From an uncultured Phascolarctobacterium sp. (lineage in GTDB: Bacteria > Bacillota > Negativicutes > Acidaminococcales > Acidaminococcaceae): DNA of 64,000 nucleotides. Positions 48,307 to 58,694 of this stretch are shown piece after piece (the stretch's first letter is position 1; each line of letters opens with the position of its first letter). Location of the stretch: the NCBI RefSeq assembly GCF_900545535.1, contig NZ_UQZN01000010.1; one strand, written 5' to 3'. The notes beneath the pieces were generated by a model. It was not told where the DNA came from and made no database searches. It saw only the letters and a list, made by a program, of their open reading frames with translations. The translations under genes were made by a program, and so were the position numbers.

Positions 48307-49385
48307 CAGTTTTGGCCTCCCATCATTTTTACAAAACGCTTAAATAAATATTCATGGCCGCCTGGTCCGGGGCTTGCCTCCGGGTGATACTGCACGGCGA
48401 AAGAAGGATGATCGAGATAACGCAGGCCTTCGATCGTGCCGTCATTCAGCGAAACATTGGTTATTTCTACATTCAATCCTGCCAAAGATTTTTCATCAAC
48501 GGCATAGCCGTGGTTTTGCGAGCTGATCAGCACTTTATTTTCCAGCAGGTCTTTGACCGGATGGTTGACGCCGCGATGACCAAATTTCATTTTAAAGGTA
48601 TCGGCGCCGCAGGCTAAAGCCAGAATCTGATGCCCCAGGCAGATACCGAAAATAGGTTTCTTGCCGATCAGCTTCTTAACTTCTGCTATGATCGGCTGCA
48701 GATCCTTCGGGTCGCCAGGGCCATTGGCCAGGAAAATACCGTCCGGGCGCACTGCTAAGATCTCCTCCGCAGTTGTATAAGCGGGGAAAACTGTTAAATG
48801 GCAGTCGAAGCTGGCCAGATATTCAAGAATATTTTGTTTGATGCCAAAATCCATGACAGCCACATGGAATTTACCATTGCCCAGCGTATAAATTTCAGGT
48901 GTTGTTACTGTCGCCACCTGATCATGCACTTCCGGCGTAGCCAGCAGCTTTTCAACTTCTGCCTGCGGCATTTCTGCCGGCACGATAACGCCCTGCAGAA
49001 CACCATAATTACGCAGTTTGCGGGTGATTGCCCGTGTATCTACGCCTGTCAGTACAGGCACATCCTGCTCATCTAAAAACTGTTCCAGTGTTTTTTCACA
49101 GCGCCAGTTGCTGGGATGATCGCACAGCTCACTGATCACATAACCCTGGAAAAAGGACTTGCGGCCCTGGTTAAAAAGCTCGCTGGTACCATAATTACCT
49201 ACCAGAGGATAAGTCATAACAACGATCTGCCCGCAAAAGGACGGGTCGGTAAGAGTTTCCTGATAACCGCTCATGCCGGTAGTAAAAACAACCTCGCCTA
49301 CCGCATTGCGTTTACCATACAGATCGCCTTCATAAACGCTGCCGTCTTTTAATACCAATTTACCTTTTCTTGCTACCGTTTGCAT
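48306..49385 (-). CDS. carA: Carbamoyl-phosphate synthase small (glutamine amidotransferase) subunit
   Basis: 359 aa. GATase triad region GICLGHQ. Coupled with carB. Confidence 0.9.
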   Translation of the reverse strand: MQTVARKGKLVLKDGSVYEGDLYGKRNAVGEVVFTTGMSGYQETLTDPSFCGQIVVMTYPLVGNYGTSELFNQGRKSFFQGYVISELCDHPSNWRCEKTLEQFLDEQDVPVLTGVDTRAITRKLRNYGVLQGVIVPAEMPQAEVEKLLATPEVHDQVATVTTPEIYTLGNGKFHVAVMDFGIKQNILEYLASFDCHLTVFPAYTTAEEILAVRPDGIFLANGPGDPKDLQPIIAEVKKLIGKKPIFGICLGHQILALACGADTFKMKFGHRGVNHPVKDLLENKVLISSQNHGYAVDEKSLAGLNVEITNVSLNDGTIEGLRYLDHPSFAVQYHPEASPGPGGHEYLFKRFVKMMGGQN

Positions 49386-50665
49386 ACTTCACCATCTCTC
49401 ATCACGAATTTACCTGCTACCATCGTAGCTACGGCTTTGCCTTTACAATGTTTTCCCTGGAAAGGAGTTACCTTGCCGCGTGTATAAAATTTCGTATTAT
49501 CAACAGTCCATTCTTTCTCAAGGTCGATAATAGTTACATCTGCCGGATAGCCAACTTTTAAACTTCCAGCTTTTAATGCAAAAATATTCGCAGGTTCTGT
49601 ACTCATTTTACCAATAATTTCGTTAATTGTGAAGATGTTTGTATGATAAAGATCAGTTAAAACTACACCAACTGATGTTTCCAGACCTGTAAAGCCACAG
49701 GGGGCATAGCGGAATTCAACGTCTTTTTCTTCCGGCGCATGCGGAGCGTGGTCGGTGACGATAGCATCTACAGTGCCGTCTTTAACTGCGGCACGCAGAG
49801 CCTCCACATGGTCCTTGCTGCGCAGCGGCGGTGAAACCCTGGTAGCACTGCTGTAAGTAGCGCAGGCCTCATCGGTCAGGGTAAGATGATGTACCGTAAC
49901 TTCACAGGTCACATTGACGCCTTTTTTCTTGAATTCGCGAATAATATCGATCGCGCCTTTGCTGGCAACATGCGCAATATGTACATGCGCGCCGGTATAT
50001 TCAGCGATCAGGCAGTCGCGGGCTACGGCAATATCTTCTGCCACAGCGGGGATACCAGGCACACCGATCCGTGCGGAAACAGCGCCCTCATGCATATAGC
50101 CTTCATGGTCTAGCTCCGGTTCGATCGCATGGGAGATCAGAACTTTATCGAAAGCGCCGATATATTTGGCGGCAAGCGTAAACAGACGCGGGCTGTTGAC
50201 AAAGTGGCCGTCATCAGAAAATGCCATCGCGCCTTTTTCCGACATATCGATCATTTCGGCCAGCTCTTTGCCTTCTTCACCTTTGCTGATCGCGCCGATA
50301 ACTTCCACATTGACATAACCTTCACGGGCAGCACGCTCTTTAATACCCGAAACAACGATCGAATTATCAATGACAGGCTTGGTATTAGGCATACAGGCGA
50401 TAGTCGTAACACCGCCGGCCGCAGCAGCCATAGTACCGGTCACGATATCTTCCTTAGCTTCCAGTCCGGGCTCGCGCAGATGCGTATGCACGTCCACCAG
50501 ACCGGGCGCCACTACAAGGCCTTTTGCGTCATATACTTCATCGGCAGCCGTTTTAATCCCTGCCGCAACTTCTTTGATAACGCCGTCTTCCACAAGTACG
50601 TCCATAACGGCGTCAATATTTTGGCTGGGGTCGATGACACGACCATTTTTAATCAATGTTTTCAA
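49373..50665 (-). CDS. pyrC: Dihydroorotase
   Basis: Amidohydrolase metal ligands: GLVDVHTHLREPG, ISHAIEPELDHEG, IVTDHAPH. Confidence 0.9.
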   Translation of the reverse strand: MKTLIKNGRVIDPSQNIDAVMDVLVEDGVIKEVAAGIKTAADEVYDAKGLVVAPGLVDVHTHLREPGLEAKEDIVTGTMAAAAGGVTTIACMPNTKPVIDNSIVVSGIKERAAREGYVNVEVIGAISKGEEGKELAEMIDMSEKGAMAFSDDGHFVNSPRLFTLAAKYIGAFDKVLISHAIEPELDHEGYMHEGAVSARIGVPGIPAVAEDIAVARDCLIAEYTGAHVHIAHVASKGAIDIIREFKKKGVNVTCEVTVHHLTLTDEACATYSSATRVSPPLRSKDHVEALRAAVKDGTVDAIVTDHAPHAPEEKDVEFRYAPCGFTGLETSVGVVLTDLYHTNIFTINEIIGKMSTEPANIFALKAGSLKVGYPADVTIIDLEKEWTVDNTKFYTRGKVTPFQGKHCKGKAVATMVAGKFVMRDGEVCKR

Positions 50666-51605
50666 TTTGCTTACCCCCTGTCAAAGTCAAGAATAAGAGT
50701 GCCATACGTACTGCTACGCCGTTTTGCACTTCGTCACGAATAGCGGCATTATCGCAGTAACCGACCTCCCAGGAAATTTCCAGGCCGCGGTTCATCGGGC
50801 CGGGATGCAGGACAGTAACATCGGGTTTGGCCAGCGCCAGACGCTTCTCATTCAGACCGAAGATCCGCGCATACTCACGCGGAGAGGGGAACAGGCCTTT
50901 TTTCTGACGTTCCAGCTGAATACGCAGCACATCGATAACATCCGCACCTTCGATAGCGTCTTCAACACGTTTATGCACGGTCACGCCCAGACTTTCGATA
51001 TCGTGCGGCAGCAGTGTCATCGGACCTGCCACATGTACGTCCGCGCCCATTTTTGTCCAGGCTGCGATATTAGTACGGGCAACGCGGCTGTACAGCACAT
51101 CGCCTAAAATCGCCATTTTTAAACCTTTCAGGTCTTTGCCCTGCTCACGAATAGTGAACATATCCAGCAAGCCCTGCGAAGGATGCGCATGCGCTCCGTC
51201 ACCGGCGTTGATGATAACAGGATCAGCAACCTCCGCAGCATAAGCGGCAGCGCCTTCGATAGGATGGCGCATAACGATCGCGTCACAGGCCATAGATTGT
51301 ACGGTAAGAATAGTATCGCGCAGGCATTCGCCTTTAACGACGCTGGAGCTGGCAGTCGTGATATTGACTACGTCAGCGCCAAGATATTTGCCGGCCAGTT
51401 CAAAAGAAGTTCTTGTTCTGGTACTGGGCTCATAAAAAAGGTTGATAATGGATTTGCCCCGCAGTGACGGCACCTTTTTGATATCACGTTTCATGATTTT
51501 CTTCATTTCTGCTGCAGTCTGCAGAATCAGTTCATATTCCTCGATGGAAAGTGAATCCAGATCAAGGATATCTCTGCCACCCAGAGATACGTTTGCTTTT
51601 GCCAT
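50649..51605 (-). CDS. pyrB: Aspartate carbamoyltransferase catalytic subunit
   Basis: SD AGGAGG before MAKANVSLGGRDIL. STRTR and HPxQ/LHPGP motifs (FYEPSTRTRTSFE; VLHPGPMNRG). Confidence 0.9.
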   Translation of the reverse strand: MAKANVSLGGRDILDLDSLSIEEYELILQTAAEMKKIMKRDIKKVPSLRGKSIINLFYEPSTRTRTSFELAGKYLGADVVNITTASSSVVKGECLRDTILTVQSMACDAIVMRHPIEGAAAYAAEVADPVIINAGDGAHAHPSQGLLDMFTIREQGKDLKGLKMAILGDVLYSRVARTNIAAWTKMGADVHVAGPMTLLPHDIESLGVTVHKRVEDAIEGADVIDVLRIQLERQKKGLFPSPREYARIFGLNEKRLALAKPDVTVLHPGPMNRGLEISWEVGYCDNAAIRDEVQNGVAVRMALLFLTLTGGKQIENID

Positions 51606-51619
51606 TGTCCTACCTCCTA

Positions 51620-51725
51620 TTTGATCACATAAAAAAGCCTTCTGTGCCTGCAAGATGGCAAAGAAGGCTTGTAGTACAAGTTACCTAAAAGTCTACCTTA
51701 CAGTCTCACAGGACCGCTTTAAAGG
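51620..51725 (-). promoter_or_regulatory. pyr operon leader: PyrR-binding loop plus attenuator terminator
   Basis: Minus RNA contains GGUCCUGUGAGACUG (a PyrR box UCCNGNGAGG-like). Then the hairpin AAGCCUUCU uugccaucuugcaggcac AGAAGGCUU followed by UUUUUUAUG, immediately before the pyrB SD. Confidence 0.6.
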
Positions 51726-51817
51726 TAATATTCTATTGGTAATATTCTACCATTCATTGGTTCGTACGTCAAACCAAAATAAAAATTTTTACCGGGATTT
51801 TTCCTTAAATTTTCTAA

Positions 51818-51852
51818 CAGCAAAAATCCCATTGCCCTTACGGACAATGGGA
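51818..51852 (-). terminator. Rho-independent terminator after ppsA
   Basis: Minus RNA CCCAUUGUCCGUAAGGGCAAUGGG AUUUUUGCUG. Confidence 0.65.
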
Positions 51853-51863
51853 TCTGTTATTAC

Positions 51864-54251
51864 TTATTTCCAGTCAAGATCTTCGACTTCTTTGCGGCCG
51901 CGGCCAGTTAAAGCGTCGAGCATAACGCGCTGTTCCACCTGGGCAACCAGTTTCTTGGTAAATTTAACAGTATCAGGATTGACGGAGATACTGTCGATAC
52001 CGCTCTTAATAAGGAACTCGCAGAATTCAGGATAAACGCTGGGAGCCTGACCGCAGATAGAAACGGTTTTGCCTTCGCTGTGGGCAACCTCGATAAGGTG
52101 ACGCACTGCGCGGCGTACTGCCAGATTACGTTCATCATAGATATGGGAAACGGTATCGTTATCACGGTCGCAGCCCAATACCAGCATGGTCAGGTCGTTG
52201 GAACCGATGGAATAACCGTCTACATATTTATTGAACTGGTCAGCCAGAATGATATTGGAAGGAATTTCAGCCATCAGCCAGACTTTGAAATCTTTACCGC
52301 GCTGCAAACCTTCACCTGCCATAATAGCAACAACTTTTTCACATTCTTCCACATTGCGGCAGAAGGGGATCATTACGTTGAGGTTTTTCAGGCCGAACTC
52401 TTCACGAACTTTACGAACAGCCTGACATTCCAGTTTGAAAGCTTCGATGTATTTAGGATCGTAGTAACGGGAAGCGCCGCGCCAGCCTAAAAGTGCGGAA
52501 GGCTCATAGGGCTCAAACTCGTCGCCGCCTTTCAGATCGCGATATTCGCTGGATTTGAAATCGCTGAAACGCAGGGTGACCGGTCTGGGTGCCATAGCCT
52601 GGCAAACCTGACGCATACCTTCTGCCAGCTGATTGACAACTTTTTCCGGATGGCCGGTTTTAATGAGATACAGAGGATGTTCATGGATATAAGTAGTCCA
52701 GATGAACTCTTCACGCATCAAACCGATACCATCGCATGGCAGTACGGAATATTTTTCAGCCAGTTCCGGGTCGCCCAGATTCATATAAACCTTAGTTCCT
52801 GTCGGCGGGAAGTATTCGGCAACTGCTACAGCAGCGCCGGCCTGATTTTCTTTTTTAGCTTCTTCGATAATGCCTTCATAAACTACGCCATGAGTAGCAT
52901 CGATAGTTACGTCGATACCGTCAGGAATAGTAGTGGTAGCAGCCTCACCGCGGCTCTTGGTGCCAACGATACAGGGAATGCCCAATTCGCGGCTGACGAT
53001 GGAAGCGTGGCAGGTCATACCGCCGCTGTCAGTAACGATAGCTTTGGCTTTTTTCATTGCAGGCACCCAGTCAGGAGCAGTCATCTCGGTAACCAGGATC
53101 TCGCCTTCTTTGAATTCGTCGATACGGGAAGGATCAAGGATAACGTGCACGCGGCCGGAAACTTTACCAGGGCTGGCCGGCAAACCTTTCACGATAACTT
53201 TATGATCAGTAGTAGTCATAGATTTGCTTTCCTGCACTTTTGCTCCTCCTTCTTTATTGCGGCGGCTCCATACGGTTTCCGGACGGGCCTGCAGAATCCA
53301 GATTTTATTAGTGCGTTCATCAACGCCCCATTCCATATCCATATAGCAGCCATAATGTTTTTCAATCTTTTTAGCATAATCAGCCAGTTCCAGAATCTGC
53401 TCGTCAGTCAAAGTCTGCACTTTGCGCAGTTCTTCAGGAACCTGCACTTCTTCGCAGTCGCCGCCTTTTTTACGTACCAGCATAACATCCTGCTCATTTA
53501 CGCAGCGGTCGATGATTTTATGGTCATGTTTGGAAACAGTATAATTATCGGGAGTGACAGTACCCTGAACAACATATTCGCCCAGTCCAAAGGCTGCCTC
53601 GATCAAAATGTTATTATCGTCGCCGGTAGCAACATTAACGGTGAACATGACACCGGCAGATTTAGAGAATACCATCATTTGCACAACAGCGCTCAAAGCA
53701 ACTTCGATATGATCGAAGCCCTGTTTTTCACGGTAATAAACGGCACGGTCAGTAAAGCAGGAAGCGTAGCATTCCTTTACTTTGGCAATGATAGTCTCCG
53801 CACCCTGTACGTTCAGATAGGTATCCTGCTGGCCGGCGAAGCTGGCATCAGGTAAATCTTCAGCAGTAGCACTGGAGCGAACGGCAACGTACGGATTTTC
53901 TTCGCCTACTCTTTTGCCCAATTCCACATAAGCGGCGCCAATAGCGTCCTGCAGGTCCTGCGGCATTTTTTCTGCCATGATCGCTTCACGCAGACGAGCG
54001 CTGACATCACGCAGCAAAGCGCTGTTTTCAACGTCAGTCAGTTCATACAGAATCGTGCGCATCTTTTCTTCAAGACCGCTTTCTTTAATAAAGTATCTAT
54101 AAGCGTAAGCCGTGGTAGCAAAACCATAGGGAACCGGAACATCCGTCTTAGCAGTCATTTCACCAAGGGAAGAGGATTTACCGCCAACGATGTCAACGTC
54201 TTTTCTTTCTAATTGCTCAAACCAGAGAAGAAACTGTTCTTCTTTTTTCAT
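51864..54251 (-). CDS. ppsA: Phosphoenolpyruvate synthase (pyruvate, water dikinase)
   Basis: 795 aa. N-terminal LLWFEQLERKDVDIVGGKSSSLGEM closely matches the PpsA N-terminus. Phospho-histidine domain (TDSGGMTCHASIVSRELGIPCIVG). PEP-utilising TIM-barrel C-terminus. Confidence 0.85.
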   Translation of the reverse strand: MKKEEQFLLWFEQLERKDVDIVGGKSSSLGEMTAKTDVPVPYGFATTAYAYRYFIKESGLEEKMRTILYELTDVENSALLRDVSARLREAIMAEKMPQDLQDAIGAAYVELGKRVGEENPYVAVRSSATAEDLPDASFAGQQDTYLNVQGAETIIAKVKECYASCFTDRAVYYREKQGFDHIEVALSAVVQMMVFSKSAGVMFTVNVATGDDNNILIEAAFGLGEYVVQGTVTPDNYTVSKHDHKIIDRCVNEQDVMLVRKKGGDCEEVQVPEELRKVQTLTDEQILELADYAKKIEKHYGCYMDMEWGVDERTNKIWILQARPETVWSRRNKEGGAKVQESKSMTTTDHKVIVKGLPASPGKVSGRVHVILDPSRIDEFKEGEILVTEMTAPDWVPAMKKAKAIVTDSGGMTCHASIVSRELGIPCIVGTKSRGEAATTTIPDGIDVTIDATHGVVYEGIIEEAKKENQAGAAVAVAEYFPPTGTKVYMNLGDPELAEKYSVLPCDGIGLMREEFIWTTYIHEHPLYLIKTGHPEKVVNQLAEGMRQVCQAMAPRPVTLRFSDFKSSEYRDLKGGDEFEPYEPSALLGWRGASRYYDPKYIEAFKLECQAVRKVREEFGLKNLNVMIPFCRNVEECEKVVAIMAGEGLQRGKDFKVWLMAEIPSNIILADQFNKYVDGYSIGSNDLTMLVLGCDRDNDTVSHIYDERNLAVRRAVRHLIEVAHSEGKTVSICGQAPSVYPEFCEFLIKSGIDSISVNPDTVKFTKKLVAQVEQRVMLDALTGRGRKEVEDLDWK

Positions 54252-54561
54252 GATCGTAGCACTCCTTTATATTATACTTTTTGGGCCGCGCCCTTAATAT
54301 AGTGTATACTATATCATATTTGTACACCACATTCAAGGACTTTTTTCAGCGTTTTTTAACTTTTTGTGTTAAATTTTACAAAACCGGCTTATTTTAAGCG
54401 CTTCCCTCCTCTGCTGTTCAAATACTATCTTCGCCATCGAAAAACAAAGTATATATATTAGTATACACTAAATAATGTCCAGAAAAAAGTAAAATCAACA
54501 TCACCGACCTAAAAAGCAGCAAAACAAAAACAAAATCGTGCAGTTTGCCGCAGCTACGCGA

Positions 54562-54628
54562 AAGGCCCCCGATTACAGACACACCGCGTACTAAGTGTAC
54601 GCAAGTGTTTGTAATCGGGGGCCTGACA
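54562..54628 (-). terminator. Long GC-rich stem-loop downstream of glyS (candidate terminator)
   Basis: AGGCCCCCGATTACAGACAC ...loop... GTGTTTGTAATCGGGGGCCT, a ~20-bp stem. The U tract is weak. Confidence 0.4.
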
Positions 54629-54652
54629 AAGTAGATGCCGTAAAATGCGCGA

Positions 54653-56800
54653 TTATAGAACGATGCAGCTCAAATCGCCCACAGCATTAGCAACCTCTTT
54701 CGCCTGCTCAAGAAGCGCCAGACGGTTATTTTTAACAGCAACATTTTCATCCATGACCATAACGCTGTCAAAGAATTTATTGACAGGTTCAACTACCTGC
54801 TCGGCAAGCTTCAAAGCCGCAGCGTAGTTGTAAGTCACAATGTCGGGGATCAGCTCTTTGTTAAGACGGATCAGCACGTCATGCAGCTCCTGCTCTGCCG
54901 GATCGGCAAACAGCGCGCTGCTGATAGCAACCTCCGTATCGATTTTTTTGCAGAGATTGCAGACACGGATCGAAGCCTGAATAACAGCTTCGGCTTCCGG
55001 TAAAGCCACATATGCGTTCAGAGCCTGGCAGCGGGCATAAATATCAACCAGATCATCGTTACGTTCATCGGCAAAAACAGCGTCAACAACATCATAACGG
55101 ATACCCTGCTCGATCATCAGATTCTTCAAACGTAATTTAAAGAACTCCAAAATCTGCGGGATCAGTTTACCGGTATCTTCCGGTTTGATATTGAGCAGAT
55201 AGAGAGCGCCTGCCAGAATTTTGATCAGTGGCAGATGATAGTTACTGCTGATCAAAATATTGATGATGCCAAGAGCCTGACGGCGCAGGGCATAGGGGTC
55301 CTGCGATCCGGTCGGCGCAAGTCCGCGGCTGAAGGTAGCAACGATATTATCCAGTTTATCACTGATACCGACGATACGGCCGATAGTCCCCTGCGGCAGC
55401 TCGTCGCCGGCAAAACGCGGCAGATAGTGTTCGTAGATACCTGCTGCAACCTCGGCAGGCTCGCCGTCCAATTTGGCATATTCACGCCCCATAACGCCCT
55501 GCAGCTCGGTAAACTCAACAACCATTCCGGCCACAAGGTCGGTTTTGGCAAGCAGCGCAGTACGTTTGAGATTAGCGTCGTCAACTTTGACATTGATGGC
55601 AAACTTGACCATTTCAGCCAGTTTGGTCAAACGCTCGCTCTTATCATACATATTGCCCAGGCCTTCCTGGAAGGAAACTGTTTTAAGTTTTTCCAGACGG
55701 TCTTCCAGTTTGATTTTACGGTCTTCATTAAAGAAAAATTCAGCATCGCTGAGACGGGCACGCAAAACACGTTCGTTGCCGTGGGCAACCACATCCAAAA
55801 ATTCTTTGCCGCCATTGCGGACAGTAATAAATTTATTCAGCAGTCTGCCTTCGGCATCGACTACCGGGAAATAGCGTTGATGTTCACGCATGGGGGTAAT
55901 AATGGCTTCCTTCGGCAAGGACAGGAATTTTTCTTCAAACTTTCCGCACAGAGCCGTCGGATATTCAACAAGGTAATTGACCTCTTCCAGCAGATCCTCA
56001 TCGATTTCAGCAATACCGCCTTCGGCGGCTGCCAGCTCGGTCACCTGCTGGCGAATCAATTCACGGCGGGCATCCTGATCGACCAGTACGAAGTTATCAG
56101 CCAGTGCCTGCACATAAGCATCAGCATTGGGTATTTCCACAGCGCCCTGCATCCCCATAACGGCGGAATGCACGACATTGCCGACTTTATTGAGAGCCGC
56201 ACTCAGCAGACCTTTGTTCTCTACAGCTTCTTTCATCGACTGCTGCATAAAACGGTGGCCCATTGAATACCTGCCGGATTTCACGCCGGTGATCTCCACC
56301 GGTACGACCTTATCGCCAAACAACGCTACCAGCCAGCGGATCGGACGTACGAAACGAAAATCATAATCGGCCCAGCGCATATTTTTCGGGAAAGACAACG
56401 ACTCCAGAATATCAAGCAGCAAAGCCGGCAGCAAATCGGCAACAGGCTGACCTGCCAAATGTTTTACGGCATAGACATATTCGCCGCGTACTTCCAGCTC
56501 GTTGACGTCTACGCCCTGTCCGCGGGCAAAGCCTATAGCTGCTTTGGAAGGAGCGCCGCTGACGAAAGCGATCTTGACAGAAGGTCCTTTAGCTTCGATA
56601 GTACTGTCAGCCTGTGTCTCTGCCACACCTGCGGCAATAAAAGTCATACGGCGGGGGGTGCCATAAACCGTGATGTTCTCAAACGGAATCCGCAGCTCCT
56701 GCATTTTGCCTGCCGCCAGTTCCTGTAATTGTTTGAGAATGCCCGGCATAAATTTTGCGGGGATCTCTTCAGTACCGATTTCAAATAATAATTTTTCCAT
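54653..56800 (-). CDS. glyS: Glycine--tRNA ligase beta subunit
   Basis: 715 aa. [20 protein letters not shown]-terminus typical of GlyS. Overlaps the glyQ stop. Confidence 0.9.
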   Translation of the reverse strand: MEKLLFEIGTEEIPAKFMPGILKQLQELAAGKMQELRIPFENITVYGTPRRMTFIAAGVAETQADSTIEAKGPSVKIAFVSGAPSKAAIGFARGQGVDVNELEVRGEYVYAVKHLAGQPVADLLPALLLDILESLSFPKNMRWADYDFRFVRPIRWLVALFGDKVVPVEITGVKSGRYSMGHRFMQQSMKEAVENKGLLSAALNKVGNVVHSAVMGMQGAVEIPNADAYVQALADNFVLVDQDARRELIRQQVTELAAAEGGIAEIDEDLLEEVNYLVEYPTALCGKFEEKFLSLPKEAIITPMREHQRYFPVVDAEGRLLNKFITVRNGGKEFLDVVAHGNERVLRARLSDAEFFFNEDRKIKLEDRLEKLKTVSFQEGLGNMYDKSERLTKLAEMVKFAINVKVDDANLKRTALLAKTDLVAGMVVEFTELQGVMGREYAKLDGEPAEVAAGIYEHYLPRFAGDELPQGTIGRIVGISDKLDNIVATFSRGLAPTGSQDPYALRRQALGIINILISSNYHLPLIKILAGALYLLNIKPEDTGKLIPQILEFFKLRLKNLMIEQGIRYDVVDAVFADERNDDLVDIYARCQALNAYVALPEAEAVIQASIRVCNLCKKIDTEVAISSALFADPAEQELHDVLIRLNKELIPDIVTYNYAAALKLAEQVVEPVNKFFDSVMVMDENVAVKNNRLALLEQAKEVANAVGDLSCIVL

Positions 56801-57678
56801 TATTTATTCTCCCCTTTCAATAACGGGAAGCCAAGTTTTTCCCTTTGTTCAACATAGGCAGCGGCGCATAAACGGGCCATAGCGCGCACACGGCCGATGA
56901 AAGCGGTTCTTTCGCTGACGCTGATAGCGCCGCGGGAATCTAAAAGGTTGAAGGTATGCGAGCATTTCAGCACATAATCGTAGGCCGGACGGATATAACC
57001 GGCTTCGATAACGCGTTTGGCCTCTGCCTCATATTTATCGAACAGATCAAACAACAGTGCTGTATCCGCTATCTGGAAATTATAAAAAGACTGCTCTACT
57101 TCGTTAGTATGGAAGACGTCGCCATAAGTTACTCCGTCCACCCATTCGATATCAAAAACATTTTCGACGCCCTGGATATACATAGCCAGACGTTCCAGAC
57201 CATACGTGATCTCAACCGTGACCGGTTTCACGTCGATACTGCCAACCTGCTGGAAATAGGTGAACTGCGTGATCTCCATACCATCCAGCCAGACCTCCCA
57301 GCCCAGTCCCCAGGCTCCCAAAGTCGGAGATTCCCAGTTATCCTCAACAAAACGGATATCGTGTTCTTCCTGCCGGATGCCCAGCTCAGCCAGGCTCTGC
57401 AGATACAGCTCCTGGATATTATCAGGAGACGGCTTGATAATGACCTGATATTGATGATGCTGGAATAACCGGTTGGGGTTATCACCATAACGTCCGTCAG
57501 CCGGACGGCGGGACGGCTCTACATAAGCCACACGCCAGGGTTCCGGTCCTAAAACGCGCAGAAAGGTAGAGGGGTTCATAGTACCCGCACCTTTTTCAAC
57601 GTCATAGGGCTGGCCCATGATGCAGTTCTGGTCTGCCCAGAATTTCTGGAGCTTCAAAATAATTGTTTGAAAATTCAT
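56800..57678 (-). CDS. glyQ: Glycine--tRNA ligase alpha subunit
   Basis: 292 aa. [26 protein letters not shown]...[27 protein letters not shown] conserved GlyQ motifs. Confidence 0.9.
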   Translation of the reverse strand: MNFQTIILKLQKFWADQNCIMGQPYDVEKGAGTMNPSTFLRVLGPEPWRVAYVEPSRRPADGRYGDNPNRLFQHHQYQVIIKPSPDNIQELYLQSLAELGIRQEEHDIRFVEDNWESPTLGAWGLGWEVWLDGMEITQFTYFQQVGSIDVKPVTVEITYGLERLAMYIQGVENVFDIEWVDGVTYGDVFHTNEVEQSFYNFQIADTALLFDLFDKYEAEAKRVIEAGYIRPAYDYVLKCSHTFNLLDSRGAISVSERTAFIGRVRAMARLCAAAYVEQREKLGFPLLKGENK

Positions 57679-57694
57679 GTTCTGCCTCCTATTT

Positions 57695-57950
57695 TATTCG
57701 TTACAACGACAAAAACAAAAAGTCTCCGTCCCTGTAACAATTAAGTTACAGGGACGGAGACATCAATCACTCCGCGGTTCCACCCTGCTTGACCGCTGCC
57801 GCGGCCCGCCTCGATGTTTATAAAGTTTCCGCTCCCGGGTGCCTTTTGTTTTCTTATCTGCCGGCTTGCACCATCCCGGCTCGCTAAAACAGAAAACTAC
57901 TTATCCCTTTCATCGCTTAAAAGAAAATATATCAAATCAGGCGTCCTTTG
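57695..57950 (-). promoter_or_regulatory. T-box riboswitch leader (tRNA-Gly-responsive) upstream of glyQS
   Basis: Minus RNA contains the T-box sequence AGGGUGGAACCGCGG. It is followed by the terminator hairpin GUCUCCGUCCCUGUAAC uuaauu GUUACAGGGACGGAGAC plus a U run. Candidate GGC specifier in ...AAAGGCA.... Confidence 0.75.
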
Positions 57951-57959
57951 TCAATGCTT

Positions 57960-58694
57960 TTACAGCCCTAATTGCGCTAAAAAGCTTAAACTTTTTAAAG
58001 GCCGATCGATCTGATAGACGATAAAACGGTACAGGATCTGTTCCAGCTGCATCAGATCACCGCCGCGTACAGTAAAAGGCTGCGGTTTGTCAAAGTTCAA
58101 AGCCACCAGCTCATGCATCAATTTCTGAGCGCCGCTGCCAAACGGCAATTCCTCGCCGCCGTGACAGGCTTCACAAACCAGTCCGCCCTGCACGACACTG
58201 AAAAAAGCATCGCCCTCAGACGCTTTCCCACAGTTGACGCAGGCATCATAAACAGGCGCAAAACCAGTCAATACAAGCAGCTTGCAGATAGCCGACAGCG
58301 CGACCAGCCGCGGATTATTACTGGAAAGTATCCGAACGCCCCCTACCAGCAATTCGTAGATTTCTTCCTGCGGTTCATGTGCTTCGGTCAGCGCTTCCGT
58401 CACTTCAGCTATCACCGAGGCATAAGCCATCTGCTTAATGTCCATTTGCTGCGGCAGCGCGATAAGCTCGCAGCTTTTCATGCTGTCCAGACGCTTGCCT
58501 GAATATAGCTGCATATCAAGCCGTGCAAAAGGCTGGATCAAGCGGCCCCCGGTAGTGCGCGCATAACGGGCGCCATAAGCCAGAAAGGGTATTTTGCCAT
58601 GGGTACGCGAAAAACAGACTGCGTATTTATCCGCAGTCTGCCAGTCTTTCACTTTCAAAATAATTACTTCATCCTGATACGCAGTACTACTCAT
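57960..58694 (-). CDS. recO: DNA repair protein RecO
   Basis: OB-fold N-terminus (VIILKVKDWQTADKYAVCFSRTHGKIPF). C-terminal zinc finger CVNCGK...CEAC. Confidence 0.8.
   Translation of the reverse strand: MSSTAYQDEVIILKVKDWQTADKYAVCFSRTHGKIPFLAYGARYARTTGGRLIQPFARLDMQLYSGKRLDSMKSCELIALPQQMDIKQMAYASVIAEVTEALTEAHEPQEEIYELLVGGVRILSSNNPRLVALSAICKLLVLTGFAPVYDACVNCGKASEGDAFFSVVQGGLVCEACHGGEELPFGSGAQKLMHELVALNFDKPQPFTVRGGDLMQLEQILYRFIVYQIDRPLKSLSFLAQLGL

Noticed and set aside
45169-48387. Numerous 60-216 aa plus-strand ORFs across 42.0-57.5 kb (for example 46960..47610, 52650..53855, 55235..56266)
   Set aside because: All are antisense to long, well-supported minus-strand genes (pyr/car, ppsA, glyS/glyQ). 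They lack RBSs and have biased Arg/Ser/Leu composition typical of antisense frames.
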